DNA of 63,123 nt, the filler included, from Cercozoa sp. M6MM (lineage: Eukaryota > Protista > Endomyxa: Ascetosporea): the NCBI GenBank assembly GCA_040357565.1. It is 6 parts of 6 records of this genome, joined end to end, with 100 filler letters (N's around TTAATTAATTAA, not from the genome) between each part and the next. Parts side by side here need not be neighbours in the genome. Positions count along the whole stretch, not along the records: positions 17,698 to 41,084 come from JBDODJ010000170.1; 5 more parts are not named here. One strand, written 5' to 3'. Made by a program: the position numbers and the translations under genes. Positions within the stretch are counted from its first letter, which is position 1. The number at the start of each line of letters is the position of its first letter. Below are positions 25,118 to 37,763 of this stretch, piece after piece. The notes below the pieces were generated by a model. It was given only the letters and a program-made list of their open reading frames with translations. It had not been told where the DNA came from and did not search any database.

Positions 25118-25255
25118 CCTTTCAAGCTCGCTGTCAGCCAGCCAGCACATTTTGAATTATTTTTCTCTTTCGTCAGTTTTGATTTTTGAGCGACTGCCGA
25201 GTCGGTTTGTTTTGTCTTGTCTGCTGTGTTTGATGCTTGGTTCGGTGTGTAGGAT

Positions 25256-27545
25256 ATGGAAACGCCTCGCAGCGGTCAGTTGCGTTCGCAGCTTGGACTG
25301 AACTCGCCACGCGTGGAACCCTCGCTGGAGCGCGAGCTGGCGGAGTTCCCGTGCGACCCCGAGGACTCGTTATCGTTGCCGGCCGTTGCAGTCGAGGGAC
25401 CGCTGTCAGAGGTGTCTTTTTTTTTTGCAGTACAGTGCGTTGGATACAGAGTGTTTCGAGTATCTTGTGTTATCATTTTTTAACAGGACGTTTCCGGCAA
25501 GGGTCATGTGCTGCAGCTGCAACCCAGTGTCGACTTCACTCCGGAGAAGCCGCGGCGGTCATCTTTGCAGACTGCTGGCATGAAGACTGACCAGACGGCA
25601 CCGGTATCTGACAGACCCTAGTTATATGGGTGGACATTTGTGATGATACACTGTGCACTTAGGAGAAGGACACGTCGGGCAAGCGTGTGTTGCCGCCGCC
25701 CATCCTGATTCCAGCCAAGCATACGACGGTGGACGTTGCTCCCGATGCCACAGTCACTGCCGCTGTCGACAAGGAAGCCAAGCGGCAGGACACAGAGACC
25801 GAGACCAAGACCGAGACTGAGCCGGAGACTGAGCCCGATAGCGCTGAGCCCGACAACGTTGAGCCCGACAGCACTGAGCCCGACAAGGCCGACACCGAGG
25901 TGAAGACTGACGCCGCCAAGAACGAAACTGCGACCACCGAGATTGAAAACGAGACCCAGAACGAGAAAGAGAACGAGAACGATAGCAGCAGGGCGAACCG
26001 AGGCGACGCCTTGTCGTCGCTGGTGACGCAGGTCTCGCGCGAGCCAGCGAAGCCACACGAGACACGTGATGATGACATTGAGGCCGACCTGAGCGACGAT
26101 AACGAAGGTAACTGCTGCCAACCAACCCGTCTCTCTACCTCTACCTCTCTTCCCAGTGCGTCTACCTCTTTTTCCCGTGCTTGTGCACCTTCTCTTGCCT
26201 GTGCAGTTGCTCCTGCTGACGTGCAATTGTACGATGATGCTAACTACGAGGTACCTCTCCTTTTGTGTCTCGCTTCTGTCGATTTGATCCATTTGTCGCA
26301 GGAGGAGCCTCCTCGCTCGGCCTGGAATTTCTTGTGTGGCTGTTTCACACGGCGCTCGCGCAAAGCACCCGCACGTACACTTGTCCTCTGTCCACACGTT
26401 GAAGTTACTGACTAAACTACCTGCCTGAGGTATCTGTCTGCTTTGCAGAAAAAGACACGACAACGAAAGGAAGCACACGCCGGAGGCCGCAGACCTCGCT
26501 GCCAACACGGAGTATCGGCGAGTTCCTGCACCCAGTATCGCGCGCACAGCAGCATCGGACAGGTTCGGATGCGCTGCTCGGCGCACCTGCTTCCACTGTA
26601 CCCTTTCTACTCCATGTTTTGTCTTGTATGTCATTCGTATCATTCGATAGGAGCTCGGCAAGCCGACTCTGGTGCTTGATCTGGACGAGACTCTCGTGCA
26701 CTCATCGTTCAAGGTAGTCAGTCCTCGCACACCTTGTTAATCTGGTAGGTAGAGAGATACCCTTCTATGTGCGTGATGTGCAGCCTGTGCGAGAACCCGA
26801 CTTTATCGTCAAGGTGCACATTGAAGGCACCGTGCACAACGTGTACGTGCAGAAGCGGCCAGGTGCCGAGGAGTTCCTTCGCGCGTGTGCCGAGCACTGG
26901 GAGGTATGTGTGCCTTCTTGTGTTTGGTGCGTCTGGTGGTTTGGGGCCGTGCTGCTGTCAGTACGTGTGTCGGGCCGGGTGTAGGTTGTGATCTTTACGG
27001 CCTCGTTGAGCAAGTACGCCGACCCGCTACTGGACAAGCTGGACACGCACCACAAAAACACAACACGAAAAGACCACACGAAGGAACACAGACCTCCCAG
27101 TGCTCGGCACACGCGNNNNNNNNNNNNNNNNNNNNNNNNNNNNNNNNNNNNNNNNNNNNNNNNNNNNNNNNNNNNNNNNNNNNNNNNNNNNNNNNNNNNN
27201 NNNNNNNNNNNNNNNTGGACAACTCGCCGCAGAGCTACGCCTTCCAGCCCTACAACGCCGTGCCGATCGACGTGAGTTCCTAAATATATTTATATCTATC
27301 TATCTATCTATATATATATATATATATATATATGTCTATACAGATATACAGATATGTGTACATAGATATGTGTATGTATAGATATACATGTGTGTATACA
27401 CGTTGGTTTGCAGAGTTGGTTCGATGACCGCAAGGACCGGCAGCTGTACCAACTGATCCCGTGTCTCAACGATCTCGTCGCCAAGGTCGATGACGTCACG
27501 CGCGTGCTCGACTCGACTCGCTCGCTTAACTGGCTGCTTAAGTAA
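25256..27545 (+). CDS. Small CTD phosphatase (SCP/CTDSP/Psr1-like, NIF/HAD domain)
   Basis: KPTLVLDLDETLVHSSF; VYVQKRPGAEEFL; VIFTASLSKYADPLLDKLD; DNSPQSYAFQPYNAVPI; WFDD; N-terminal acidic repeats and FLCGCF Cys cluster; gap at 27116-27215. Confidence 0.92.
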
Positions 27546-27585
27546 CACCTGCTTTGACCTGCTGCGTATGTTGCTGCGCATGACC

Positions 27586-28614
27586 TCAAACACTTTCGAA
27601 TTGCGTCACAGGAAATTCAAGCGCGTTCGCGAGGCGGGCCTGCTGGATTCGCTCGCCATTGAGGCCGACCTGCGTTTGCGCCAGGTAGATCAATCCATAT
27701 TGCGACTCAAAACACTGCATATTTTGCAATCTCTGCTGTCGCACACCACACACACACATTGTACAGGAACGGGGAGAGGCCTCACGTCGAAACTCGTGCT
27801 CATCAATATAAGTGTCGTTTTCTCGCGTTTCAAGCTGGACGTCCACGCGGAAGTTCCTGACTGTCACTCCGTCTTTTTGTCCCCGACTATGCACGGCTGC
27901 CGGACACTAGCAAAGGTGTTGCAGCCTGCTGTGGTTACTTTCGTTATTATTAGTGGCAGTAACTAAGGTGGCTGGATAAGAGGGAACTACAGTCAAAAGT
28001 GCGTGAGCATACTTGCGTTGCCCATGGCACAGACTGGTCAGTCGTGCATCTCGGTGCAGCGTGTGCTCGTGTTGAACCTCTACGTTCCTTCCGACCCGTA
28101 CTCTGAGGTCCTTCGAAGCATGGAGAAAAGAGCGTTACTGCATAGCGCACACTGAACACGGGTCGGAAGGAACACAGTATTCTGGTCTGCAAGCTTCTCT
28201 GTTTTCACTTGCGACCTCGCACGTGTCAAGGCAGGCGACAAGTTCGGCGGCGTTGTGGTACCTGTCGCCTGCCGTTTTCTACCCCCAGCTCCTAGGTGAA
28301 GGAAATCTGCCCTGCCTTTTACACTCGTCTGTGCTGACTAGTTGTTGTTGTGGGAGTCTCAGTTCATGTGCTGCAGACGGAGGCGAGCCTGGGCATGCAC
28401 GAGATGACGTACCTTTCTCCCATAAGTTATCTTCACTCAATCTAGGGCATCCGATCATTCTGTCTGTTAGAACGGACCGCGTTGTAACGGAATGCTCGGA
28501 TAATGCGCTGGTCCTTGTGCTCCGGCAAGACGAAAGACTCCTCCGGCCGGAGCAGAGGAGGATTGCAACAAATCCGGTCGGATTATTCGACAGCGCTCGA
28601 AGTGTTTGTTTCAT
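27586..28614 (-). CDS. Hypothetical multi-exon protein
   Basis: Exon-like ORF segments at 27586-27894 and 28279-28614; no homology recognised. Confidence 0.25.
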
Positions 28615-28990
28615 TTTAGTGCTGTTTGTTATCTCAGGTTGTTTAGCCACTAAATGTGTACTGTGGTGGTTTCTCAAGCTTCGATCAACTCAGGGCTATG
28701 ACCGTGATAAATCTGAATTGCCCCCGCCCGGGCGATGAGTTGGGTTGCTGAGGGCTAACGTGCACGGCCCATAAGCCCGTGTTGGAGAGATAGCGCCTCT
28801 CCTCGACAAAACCACACTGAAGATCGGTTCAGCGACTCGATCGTATTGGTAGTGCCTCGAAGCACCCACGAGCGCACGCGTTTCAACGTGGGCTGCTCAC
28901 GCTCGCTCCTTGCAGCATCGAAACGCAACATACACAACGTTTTGTTTTCGTCTTTTGACCCCACCCTACCCTACTAACAACTCAAGAAAC

Positions 28991-29387
28991 ATGTGCCGTC
29001 ACTCGTCTGGCTGTGGTACGGATACCCGATGCAGGGTGTTGTGAATGATACGCGGTTTTGTTTTGTTGTCATGCATGATCCATTCATTGTTGCCGCTTGT
29101 GTGCTCGCAGGTACCTCGGACAAGATTAGCTGCAAGTCGTGCGGCACCTCGATGTGCAAGGCCTGCAAGCGCAACTCTGCCGACGGTACCGCAAGCCCTT
29201 TAGATTCTGTTCCAATACCTCTTTTTTCCTGTTCCAATATCTCTTTTTTCCTGTTCCAATATCTCTTTTTTCAATTCCGTCGTGATACGAGACACCAAAA
29301 CAATATGGCGTTTTGTTTGCTGCAGGCACTCCGACGCGCTCGGGCAACGCTGCCGCCTGCGGCAAGTGCGGCAAGAACTACCGCTAA
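28991..29387 (+). CDS. 53-aa Cys-rich zinc-finger microprotein (3 exons)
   Basis: Exons 28991-29015, 29111-29185, 29326-29387 join through two GT-AG introns to MCRHSSGCGTSDKISCKSCGTSMCKACKRNSADGTPTRSGNAAACGKCGKNYR*; strong GC3 bias. Confidence 0.8.
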
Positions 29388-29714
29388 TTGACCGAAGCGA
29401 GTTCCAGCTGAACTCCCAAAACTGACTCGTGCGAGACGGCATGTCGTTTTAGTTTTTGTGATGTAATCTAAGCTGTAACCTAAACTGCATCAAGGGACTC
29501 GCCTCGAGCAACCCGCCACGAGACTAACTACTCACTCGTCCTGGTTGATGATTTTTCAAGGGGACGCAAGACTAACTGCTCGTCCTGGATGATGATTTTG
29601 AGCAGCTGTATTGGGTAAACACACGAGGACTGCAAAGCAGGCAGACAGTACAGTGGTTCTGCGGGTATACCAGTTTTTGCGAAACGCGATGCCAAAACAG
29701 AGCCGTTGTCTTAG

Positions 29715-31064
29715 TCACTTCCTCCGCACCGACGAGGGCCGTCGCAGCTTTAGTGTCGGAGGACGGCCTGTGCAAGTGCAAGAATGAGGACAAAGAGCAG
29801 AACAGAGAAGCGGGGATACGCTGTGCCGAGGCAGTGCTGGGTGGCCGTCTGGGCAGTGTGATCGGACGGTGCGGACGTTGAGGCTGCGCAGGTGGCACGC
29901 CGAGTGACGGAACACTCTGTGGTGCCGCTCGCAGGTCCGGCACCTCCTCCTCGACAATCTCGTGCGTTTCCTCTGCAAGCACAGTGACTTGTGAACACAC
30001 GAAACACGGGTCCACAGGCTTGCACCTGGCAGTCGGTCGTGGATGCGCTTGAGTTCGTTGACAGCCGCGCGGATGCGGCGGATCGGAATGGCTTGACACT
30101 TGGGACACCACGGGTGCTGCGCTGTCATGTCCGGGCATGAGCACTGGTGCGGCCGTTTCTGCAAGCACACAGACACGCAGACACTGTGTGTTGAGGACGA
30201 GTTTGTCTTGGGGTAGTACAAAGCAACACACTGGCTTAAAGATACGCTCGACAATGGCAGAGGTAGGTGGGGTCAAGCCTGTGTAGTGTAGGTAACATTC
30301 AGGGGGACGATGTAGATACTTGCGTACCACTGTTGAGTTGGTAAGGCTCTTGTTGCGACTTCTTGTCGCCCAGCCGCGTGTAATCTATCGTGTCGGGTAC
30401 CTAGGGAAAGGTGAGCTGAAAACGACACATGCAGGGCAGTCTGAAAGCACTGATCTACCTCCTCATCGGCCTTCTCGACCTCGCGGCACACAAGCACTCT
30501 CGACACTGAGCCAGTGCACTGAGTAAAGAGCTTTAGACGACTGAATAGACCAGAGAAAGTTACAGTTGGCGCTCTTGTAATGTGTCTCGCCGTCAAAGGT
30601 CTTGTGAATCTCAGTGACACACGGCAGGTCGGCCAGCACACTATGCAGACGACGAGAAAGAGATCCTTTGTCGCACCTTGGTGCGCGATAATAAACTTAT
30701 AGGCCATAAAATACCCGTGCAGCACGACACGTTCGCTGCCAAGTCCGTCTGCCTCATCCACTGCAACAAGAAACAAGCAGAAACGCACCCTGCAAAACTG
30801 ACACAGTCTGCACATGTGGGACTTACACAAGGGCAGATCGAGTGTCACGATATAGTGCCTATCTCCTGGTCGAGAAGTATCCCTCTTCACCTGCACCAGC
30901 GAGCGCACCGGGTCAAAGTTCTCTGCTCGCAGTGCCTGCAACGACATGGAACAATGCAAACAGACGATAGTGGGATACGGGAGCGTCAACATCACCTGTC
31001 GCATCCGAGTGGCATATTCGGGAGGCAAACGCAGCACAAAATTGTGCTCCTGATGCGACGACAT
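29715..31064 (-). CDS. TAF7: TFIID subunit 7 (TAFII55_N domain); 3' end approximate
   Basis: EHNFVLRLPPE; LPCVTEIHKTFDGETHYKSAN; GLTPPTSAIVERIFK. Confidence 0.85.
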
Positions 31065-31291
31065 GCTCTATCTGGTAAGCACACACACGTACGTTCCTTG
31101 AAACTGGCGAAGCGTCAACAGGGCTGTCAATTAAGGGCGCTCAAAAATTGTTAAACTAACTAATCTCTACAGTGCCAGGTGTTAGTGGTTTATCCAACGG
31201 CGTGTAGCAGCTACAGTGCAAGCACTGTGGGCTACCCAGTCGTTGTTGATTGGGATTTTCGTGCAATCCGGGGAGAGCAGATCAAGTCGAG

Positions 31292-33678
31292 ATGATGTCT
31301 GACATGATTCGACCGCTCGTGGCGGTTCTGTCACTGGCAGCGATGCTGTAAGGCGTACTGCTAAACCCAATGCGAGAAATGCGACTGATTGATCCCCTTG
31401 ATCCTCATGTTCACTGATCGATCACTCGTCTGCTTGTGCTCAGAACCGTACTTTTTGTGGCACGGCGCGCTGACTCTCCGGCCAGCGTCACGGTGGTTCT
31501 GAGCATCGATGGTTTCCGTCCCGAGTACCTGACGCGAGAGTACCTTTTATTTATGCGACTGGCATGTGTCCGAAATAGCCATGTTTCTGAAGGCATGTGG
31601 AGATGCCGCACCTGCGCGCCATGGCGCAGCGCGGCGTTTCGACGTCGCTGACGCCGTCGTTTCCGTCCAAAACGTTCCCGAACCACTACGCCATGGTAGG
31701 ACTGGTCATACGGGTGCAGAATGGACTCAACTGATATCAAACGCATACAGATCACGGGTGTGCACCCGCCGTACCACGGTATCGTGGGCAACTCGATGAC
31801 GGACCCGCGTGACAATGTAACTCTTCCTTAAATCTGGACAAATGTCCCAATCTTTCGTCCATCTGTACTTGGGTGCTGATTGTTAAAGGCGCGATTCTCG
31901 TTGTCGCCGCGTCAGTCGCATCAGCGTCGTTGGTGGCGTGCCGAGCCGTACTGTGTTTGCTTTCGGCCTCTCTACCCCCTGCTTATTTATCTTGCTGCCT
32001 TGCTGCTTTCGGTGTATGTTGACCCCCCTAACCCTTCAGTCTGTGGACGACTCAGCGCAAGCGTGGCGGTCGCGCGATCACGGCGTTCTGGCCGGGCAGC
32101 GACCTCGCTATCGATGGCTACCTGCCTGACAAGTAGTGCTGTCTTTCACTCTTGTGTTACCTCTTTCCGTTTACCCGTTACCTCTTTGTTTCTCTCTTAC
32201 CTCTGCCTTCACCTTTGCTCTTTAACACTTTACTCTGCACACTTTACTCTGCACTCTTTGTCCTTTACCCTTTACGTTCCCTCAGGTACCTGCGGTATGA
32301 CGAGTCCATCCTGGCGGAGCAGCGCATCGAGTGGCTTGTCGAGCAGCTCGAGCACGAAAACTCACAGGAGGTATCCTATTTTGCCCCCCCCCCCCCAGGC
32401 TACTTTACTGCCCCAGGCTACTTGACCCCCTCCCCATGGCAGGTGCGCGAGCGTCGCGAGCGGCACGAGCGCGATCTTTCGTTGCTCGGACTGATCTACT
32501 TTGAAGAGGTACAGTTTGTACCGTCCATTGTGAACCGGTTTGATACGGACTGTGTCCAGTTGGACAAGGCCGGACACAAGTACGGTCCTGTGAGCGACGA
32601 GGTGGACGAGTGCCTGCAGCGCATGGACATGCTGGTCGGACGACTCGTTGAGGCACTTGACTCTGCCTTTGGCGACGACTACAACCTCATGGTACGCGCG
32701 GACCTTTCTGCCCTCCCTGCGAGTGACCAGTGACTGATGACCGATGACCTGGTGTGCGTTTCTCTCCGCCACAGGTCGTGTCGGACCACGGCATGATGCA
32801 TGTGCCGAAAGAGAACCGCATTCTGTTGAACGCCATGATCCCGGACCTCAAGGCCATCTCCTATGTACTGACCTTGTACTCCACCATACCCCTGTTACGG
32901 GCGGAGGCGCTCCCCTAGGCGACAGCACCAAGTGTGAGTCCTGTGGCCGAGTTCTTCCCGCAGCCGGAGTTGTTCGCCGAGGTGCTGTACAACCTCACAG
33001 TTGGTCCCAGTGCCGACACACGTATCCCGTGGTACTGCACCGACGGTCCCACGGTGTACACCTTCCAGGATGTCGAGATGCAGGTACCCTGTCAGTCTCC
33101 TGTACACGTGCTTTATACTCCTGCTGCTCCTTGTTGAAGTGCGACCCTCTGCCGCCGCGTTTCCACTTTGAGTAACTCTCCTGTCCGAGTCACTCTTGTC
33201 TGTTTTGACTGTGCTGTGTCTTGATATCCCGCGTGCTCTGCGCAGTGCCGGTGTCACCGTTCGAGTGGCTCCGCTGGTCGGTCTCGTGCCGCCCAACTTC
33301 CAGTTGGCACGTGGTCCCTGGGACAACTTTCACAATGAGGGTGCCCTCTATGTATACACCGATATTGTATTAGTATATATATATAGATATATAGATATAG
33401 ATATATAGATATATAGATATATAGATATTAGATAGGTATCTGTATATAGACAGATAGATGTATAGATATGATGCACTGCAGGTGTGCACGGATGGGACCC
33501 GGAGCTGGAGGACATGCACGCCGTCTTCCTGGCCGACGGACCGGCCTTCAAGCTCAAGTCACAGGTCGAGCGTTTCCCGTCGATCGATGTGTTCGCCATC
33601 GGTGCCAAGGCACTCGGCATGCACATGGACGAGCTGCCGCCCGTCAATGCCACGCTGCCGCGCGGTCTCATGCGCTAG
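31292..33678 (+). CDS. Type I phosphodiesterase / nucleotide pyrophosphatase (ENPP family) with signal or anchor peptide
   Basis: VVLSIDGFRPEYL; FPSKTFPNHY (catalytic Thr); HGIVGN; FWPGS; DKAGHKYGP; VSDHGM; HGWDP..DMHAVFLADGPAF. Confidence 0.93.
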
Positions 33679-33754
33679 TCAGCACGCGTTGAAGTTATTT
33701 TTTATTTATTCCATCCGGGTTAAGTTCAAAAATCGGTCATTCGTCGACATTTAG

Positions 33755-34397
33755 ATGTTCTTTTCCCATCCATTTCGTCCCAGGCTTGTCCAGCGACGGT
33801 GGGCAAGTGCGCAACCATCTTCTGCGGCGGTACAGGTATTGACTGTTTGCGTTCTGAGGTAGGATGCGATCACCCAGGACAAGTTTTATAGTCGAAGAAG
33901 AACACCTCGTTCGCCGGCTTTATCGCAGCAATGATGTTTGGTGCAATTGTGCACATGCAGATTGAAGGTACAGTACCACAGAAAAATGCACTTGGGTTCG
34001 ACTGCGAAGTTTGATGCCCCTTTCCGCATCGGCAGAGATTCGCCGTGACTTCCGCACGTTTCGCAGCGAGATTCGTGGTGACGCTCGAGATTTTCGGAGC
34101 GAGATTCGCAACGACGCTTGCGATTTTCGGAGCGAAATTCGCAACGACGCTTGCGATTTTCGGAGCGAAATTCGCAACGACGCTCGCGATTTTCGGAGTG
34201 AAATTCGCAACGACGCTCGCGATTTTCGGAGCGAGATTCGCAACGGCGCTCGCGATTTTCGGAGCGAGATTCGCAATGACGCTCGCGATTTTCGGAGCGA
34301 AATTCGCAGCAGCGCCAAGTTTTATGAGGTCCTGTGGAATCGGAAGTCAGGGCAAACGGCCGTGGTATCGTTCGCTCCCCAGTTTGTTGTTGTGTGA
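33755..34397 (+). CDS. Putative mitochondrial single-TM protein with 11-residue coiled-coil repeats
   Basis: Exons 33755-33835, 33892-33967, 34036-: MFFSHPFRPRLVQRRWASAQ / SFAGFIAAMMFGAIVHM / (EIRNDARDFRS)x8; 3' end uncertain. Confidence 0.65.
34035..34316 (+). repeat. 33-bp coding tandem repeat, about 8.5 copies
   Basis: Unit GARATTCGCAACGACGCTCGCGATTTTCGGAGC with no spacers. Confidence 0.95.
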
Positions 34398-34674
34398 ACT
34401 GCCTCTACCTGTAGAAAGAAGTGAAGTTGCACCCCAAAGCAGTCTGTGAAAGCTGTGGGTACTCATTGTCGGTTGTTTTCTGTTCATCTGACAGAACGAT
34501 CTTAGCTGCTTTGAAACTCGCAGGAAGCAGCGCTGGCGAATGGGTCCGTGTGTGCACTGCTCGTCGAAACCTAGCGACGCGAATGACCAGGATACCACTG
34601 GTAAAAACTGAAACCCTAGGCCTACTGGACGCGACTCCATACTAAGTTAAATAACAATCCCGAGAATCAACAAA

Positions 34675-35989
34675 CTAATGAGGCACAATGTTGTCCACCG
34701 CATCGACTGACCGTGTGCGTGCCTCTTCCTCGCTTTCGTCACTGTCAACACGCTCGAGAGGTGGCGGCTCCTCCAGCAAGTCAATGGTGTGCTCGCTTTC
34801 GTTGTTGGTGACGTAGTTGTTGTCGAGATGATTGTTGCAGTCAGCTGTGCTGCCTGTGGTCAAGCTCGCTGCGGTGTGGGTAGTTTCCGTGTCACCAGTG
34901 CACTCTTTTGATGAGTGCCCGGAACGAAGGCATTTAAAGCACAGTCCACGCTGCCGCACTGTGACACACTCGCGTACAGTGTGACCCACCTATCAGACAG
35001 TACAGTGACCCACCTATCAGACAGTACAGTACGGTGCACAGTACCACCTGGCATGCCCTGCAGCGCGAAACACTTCCTTTGACCTGAGTGGTGACTATCG
35101 CCGCAGGCAAATCCGAGGTGTTTTTCGACTTCTGGCTTTCTGTGATAGCCTTTTGTGGACCTGGAGTGCTTTTTGGAGGCTGTGATTCCTCTGTATGCCA
35201 AAGTTATCATCGCTGAAAGTACAAAACCCACGATTCTCAGCTGCAGTTGCCGCACCTATCTGCTCTTCTGGCTGTGTTCTGCGCCGTTTACGTTGTCGTT
35301 GAGCCGGAGGAATGTGCGGACGAAAGCGTCGTTTGACTCGGGTAGGGTTATCCTTGTCAATGCCAGCGGGAGCTAAATTTACAAAAAGACAAGCAGGGTG
35401 GACAACAGGAACTGGACGACTTCAGTGAACTTACATCCAACTGCTGACCGGGATCTCTCCCAGTACCGATATCGATGCTCTGGCATTTGTGCAGCTGTGT
35501 CAATCATGGAAATATCTAAATTTACCAACACGGAAAACACTCCCGAGCATTCCCCCCAAATCTCCATAAATTGCCCCAAAAAGCACGAAAAGGGGAGATA
35601 TACCGTTTTGTGTGACTGTAGGGCTTCATTGACACCCAAGAGTCTTCAAAAAGAGGTAATCTGCGCCAATAGACACTTCCTTGAAGTCCGATGCTGAATT
35701 CGCCCAGTGAAGAAAAACACACCAGCACGCTGAGCAATGAGTTTGTACATTTGAAGGGAAGCACTGCACTACACGAGAGTTGTTTGTCTCTAGGTCAGCC
35801 ACGGGACTAGTTTGTGTTCTCTCTTGCGAGCAAGTGCTCGAACGACGACGGTTCGGGCGCGCAGCCACTTGGCTCGGTGAACGCGTTGACGCACACGATG
35901 TCTCGCAGCAGCGCCGTGAGCGACTCGAGCGACCGCGTCGTGTTCCAGCTGTTGCAACAACCGAGACTCGGGTCAACCCATGCCATCAT
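34675..35989 (-). CDS. Multi-exon protein with C-terminal CCHC zinc knuckles
   Basis: CRACQ|VGHTVREC (joined across an intron) then RGLCFKCLRSGHSSKEC; upstream exons tentative. Confidence 0.55.
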
Positions 35990-36123
35990 TTTGACAACAC
36001 AACACCTCACAAAACGGAACAATGAGATGTCGCCTCCTTAAGTAGTTTTGGCATTGAGCAAAACGGCCGTATCGGTCTAGAACAAGTCTCACGTGTTGAC
36101 CAACAAGACATCAAACGCCCGAA

Positions 36124-36921
36124 ATGGCCGACCAACAGCCCCAGGACTTGCCTCGTTGTACATCATTGTTCATGTTGCTGGTGTTTTGTTGCGAAGCTTG
36201 TGTGGTCTCCCCGCCAGGGCTTGCGGCTTTACAACCGGTGCTGCGTAACCACGGGGTTGGTCCAGCGGCGATCGATGTCATTACGAGCGCGTTCGCTCGG
36301 CAAGCGCGCTTCCACAGGGAAGACGTGGCTGAGGAGACTCGCCGGCTTCGCGAAAACATTGAACAGCGCGAAACCGCGCTCCAGCAGCAGCTACGCGCTG
36401 AGAAGGAGCGACACGGCGAGCAAGTGGCTCGACTCGAAGCAGAGTTGGTATTCTTGACTTGCTTGCGTTCTTGTGCCGAAGCGCTGCTTGCGAGTATCAT
36501 GCTGCACATTTAGGCCGAGGCCAGACTCAGACAAAATAGCGTCGTGAACTTCGTTGACGAAGCTCTCGAAGCGGGCGCAACGAATCTTCATCTGGACGTT
36601 AAGCTCCGCGACCGGGAACCCGATGGTTTGGCTACTTTTGCAGAGTTTGTAAATTTATTCTGCTCACTGAGAGTGTGCGCGTAGAAGAAAGCACGGAAGG
36701 CTCGCTGCAGTACCAACACTGCAAAATTGACGTGTCAGACAAGCAGGATGTCGGCGAGAAGCGCCGCGCTGTCCTGTCTCAGTTTTCTGACCGTGAGTTT
36801 CAGTTTTGTTCTTTTCTGCACCAGGTCTCTCATTCAGGGGTGTGTCGATGTGGCAGTCCGAGAGCGCAAGCGCCGCGCGACAGCACCCCGTGACGCCGAT
36901 AATCCACCTGCCGGCAACTGA
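36124..36921 (+). CDS. Hypothetical coiled-coil protein
   Basis: Exons join via GT-AG: LRNHGVGPAAIDVITSAF...EETRRLRENIEQRETALQQQL; TGA at 36919-36921. Confidence 0.5.
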
Positions 36922-37446
36922 TTGATGTGAGCTGAAACGTTACTTTACGTGTAATCAAGTCTAATTCAATCCGATCGAACGACTTTGTTGGTTGGTTGCT
37001 AAACAACTCAACTGACTAACTCACGCAATCGAACGGCGGTACCGTGCGCTAAGCGTCGTCGTACGCGACGTCGACGTGATCGACGGTCCTAAACGCCGAC
37101 CTCGTCGAAGGTTCGCCTGCAGCGAGAGACCGTACGACCAACTGTAGCGGTTAATGCCGATGTGATTGGTGTGCTGCTGGAGTGACTCGTCGGTGTCGAC
37201 TTCGGGGGGGGGGGGGGTCTGCTTCTCGCGGCTCAGTACCGACTCGCTTCGTGCGGCTCAGTACTGACTCGCTTCGCGTGCTAAACTGAAACGCACATCA
37301 TCTGTTTCCGCATTAGTCAATGAGCGGTCCTATTATGGTTACGTCTCTACTCTACTGACCATTACAGAGTGCCCATCGATCGATCAGTACCTGATTGAGT
37401 GCACCGTAGCCCTCCTACGAGGATGTGATGTCCACGCAAGTCTTTG

Positions 37447-37725
37447 ATGCACGGCATGCTGCGACGCGCCTTGCGCCGTACAATGTCCGGCACGTTCCCG
37501 TTCACTGACGTACTAACTCGACAGTCAGTTCAGCCCAGTACCGGAAACTGGTCGGGACGGACGTGTACCTGCTGTCCCAGCGCATGGCTTATTATGCAAA
37601 CAATTGGGTTGCATACTCTTGGTACCCGAGGCCTGGCCAGGATTACAATATAAAGCGGCGCTATCAGTCTCATGAGATCGCGTTGCGTCGAGCACAAACA
37701 GACGGAACTGGAGAAACGAAACTAA
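37447..37725 (+). CDS. Small putative mitochondrial-targeted protein (~60 aa)
   Basis: MHGMLRRALRLSSAQYRKLVG after removing a 47-nt intron that carries a TACTAAC branch point; second intron inferred. Confidence 0.35.
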
Positions 37726-37763
37726 ACGACACGGGCATGTCGCCAGCTGCACAGGCAGACCAC

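Noticed and set aside
27050-27115. Inverted diverged copy of ~26880-26925 inside the phosphatase gene
   Set aside because: Abuts an assembly gap and replaces expected exons; most likely a chimeric read or a mis-assembled allele/paralogue
34035-34316. 33-bp repeats as a CRISPR array
   Set aside because: No unique spacers, no cas genes, eukaryotic context, and synonymous-type variation indicating a coding repeat
37316-37398. Possible intergenic C/D snoRNA (TCAA-TGAGCG...CTGA-TTGA)
   Set aside because: Box C is too degenerate and no guide target recognised
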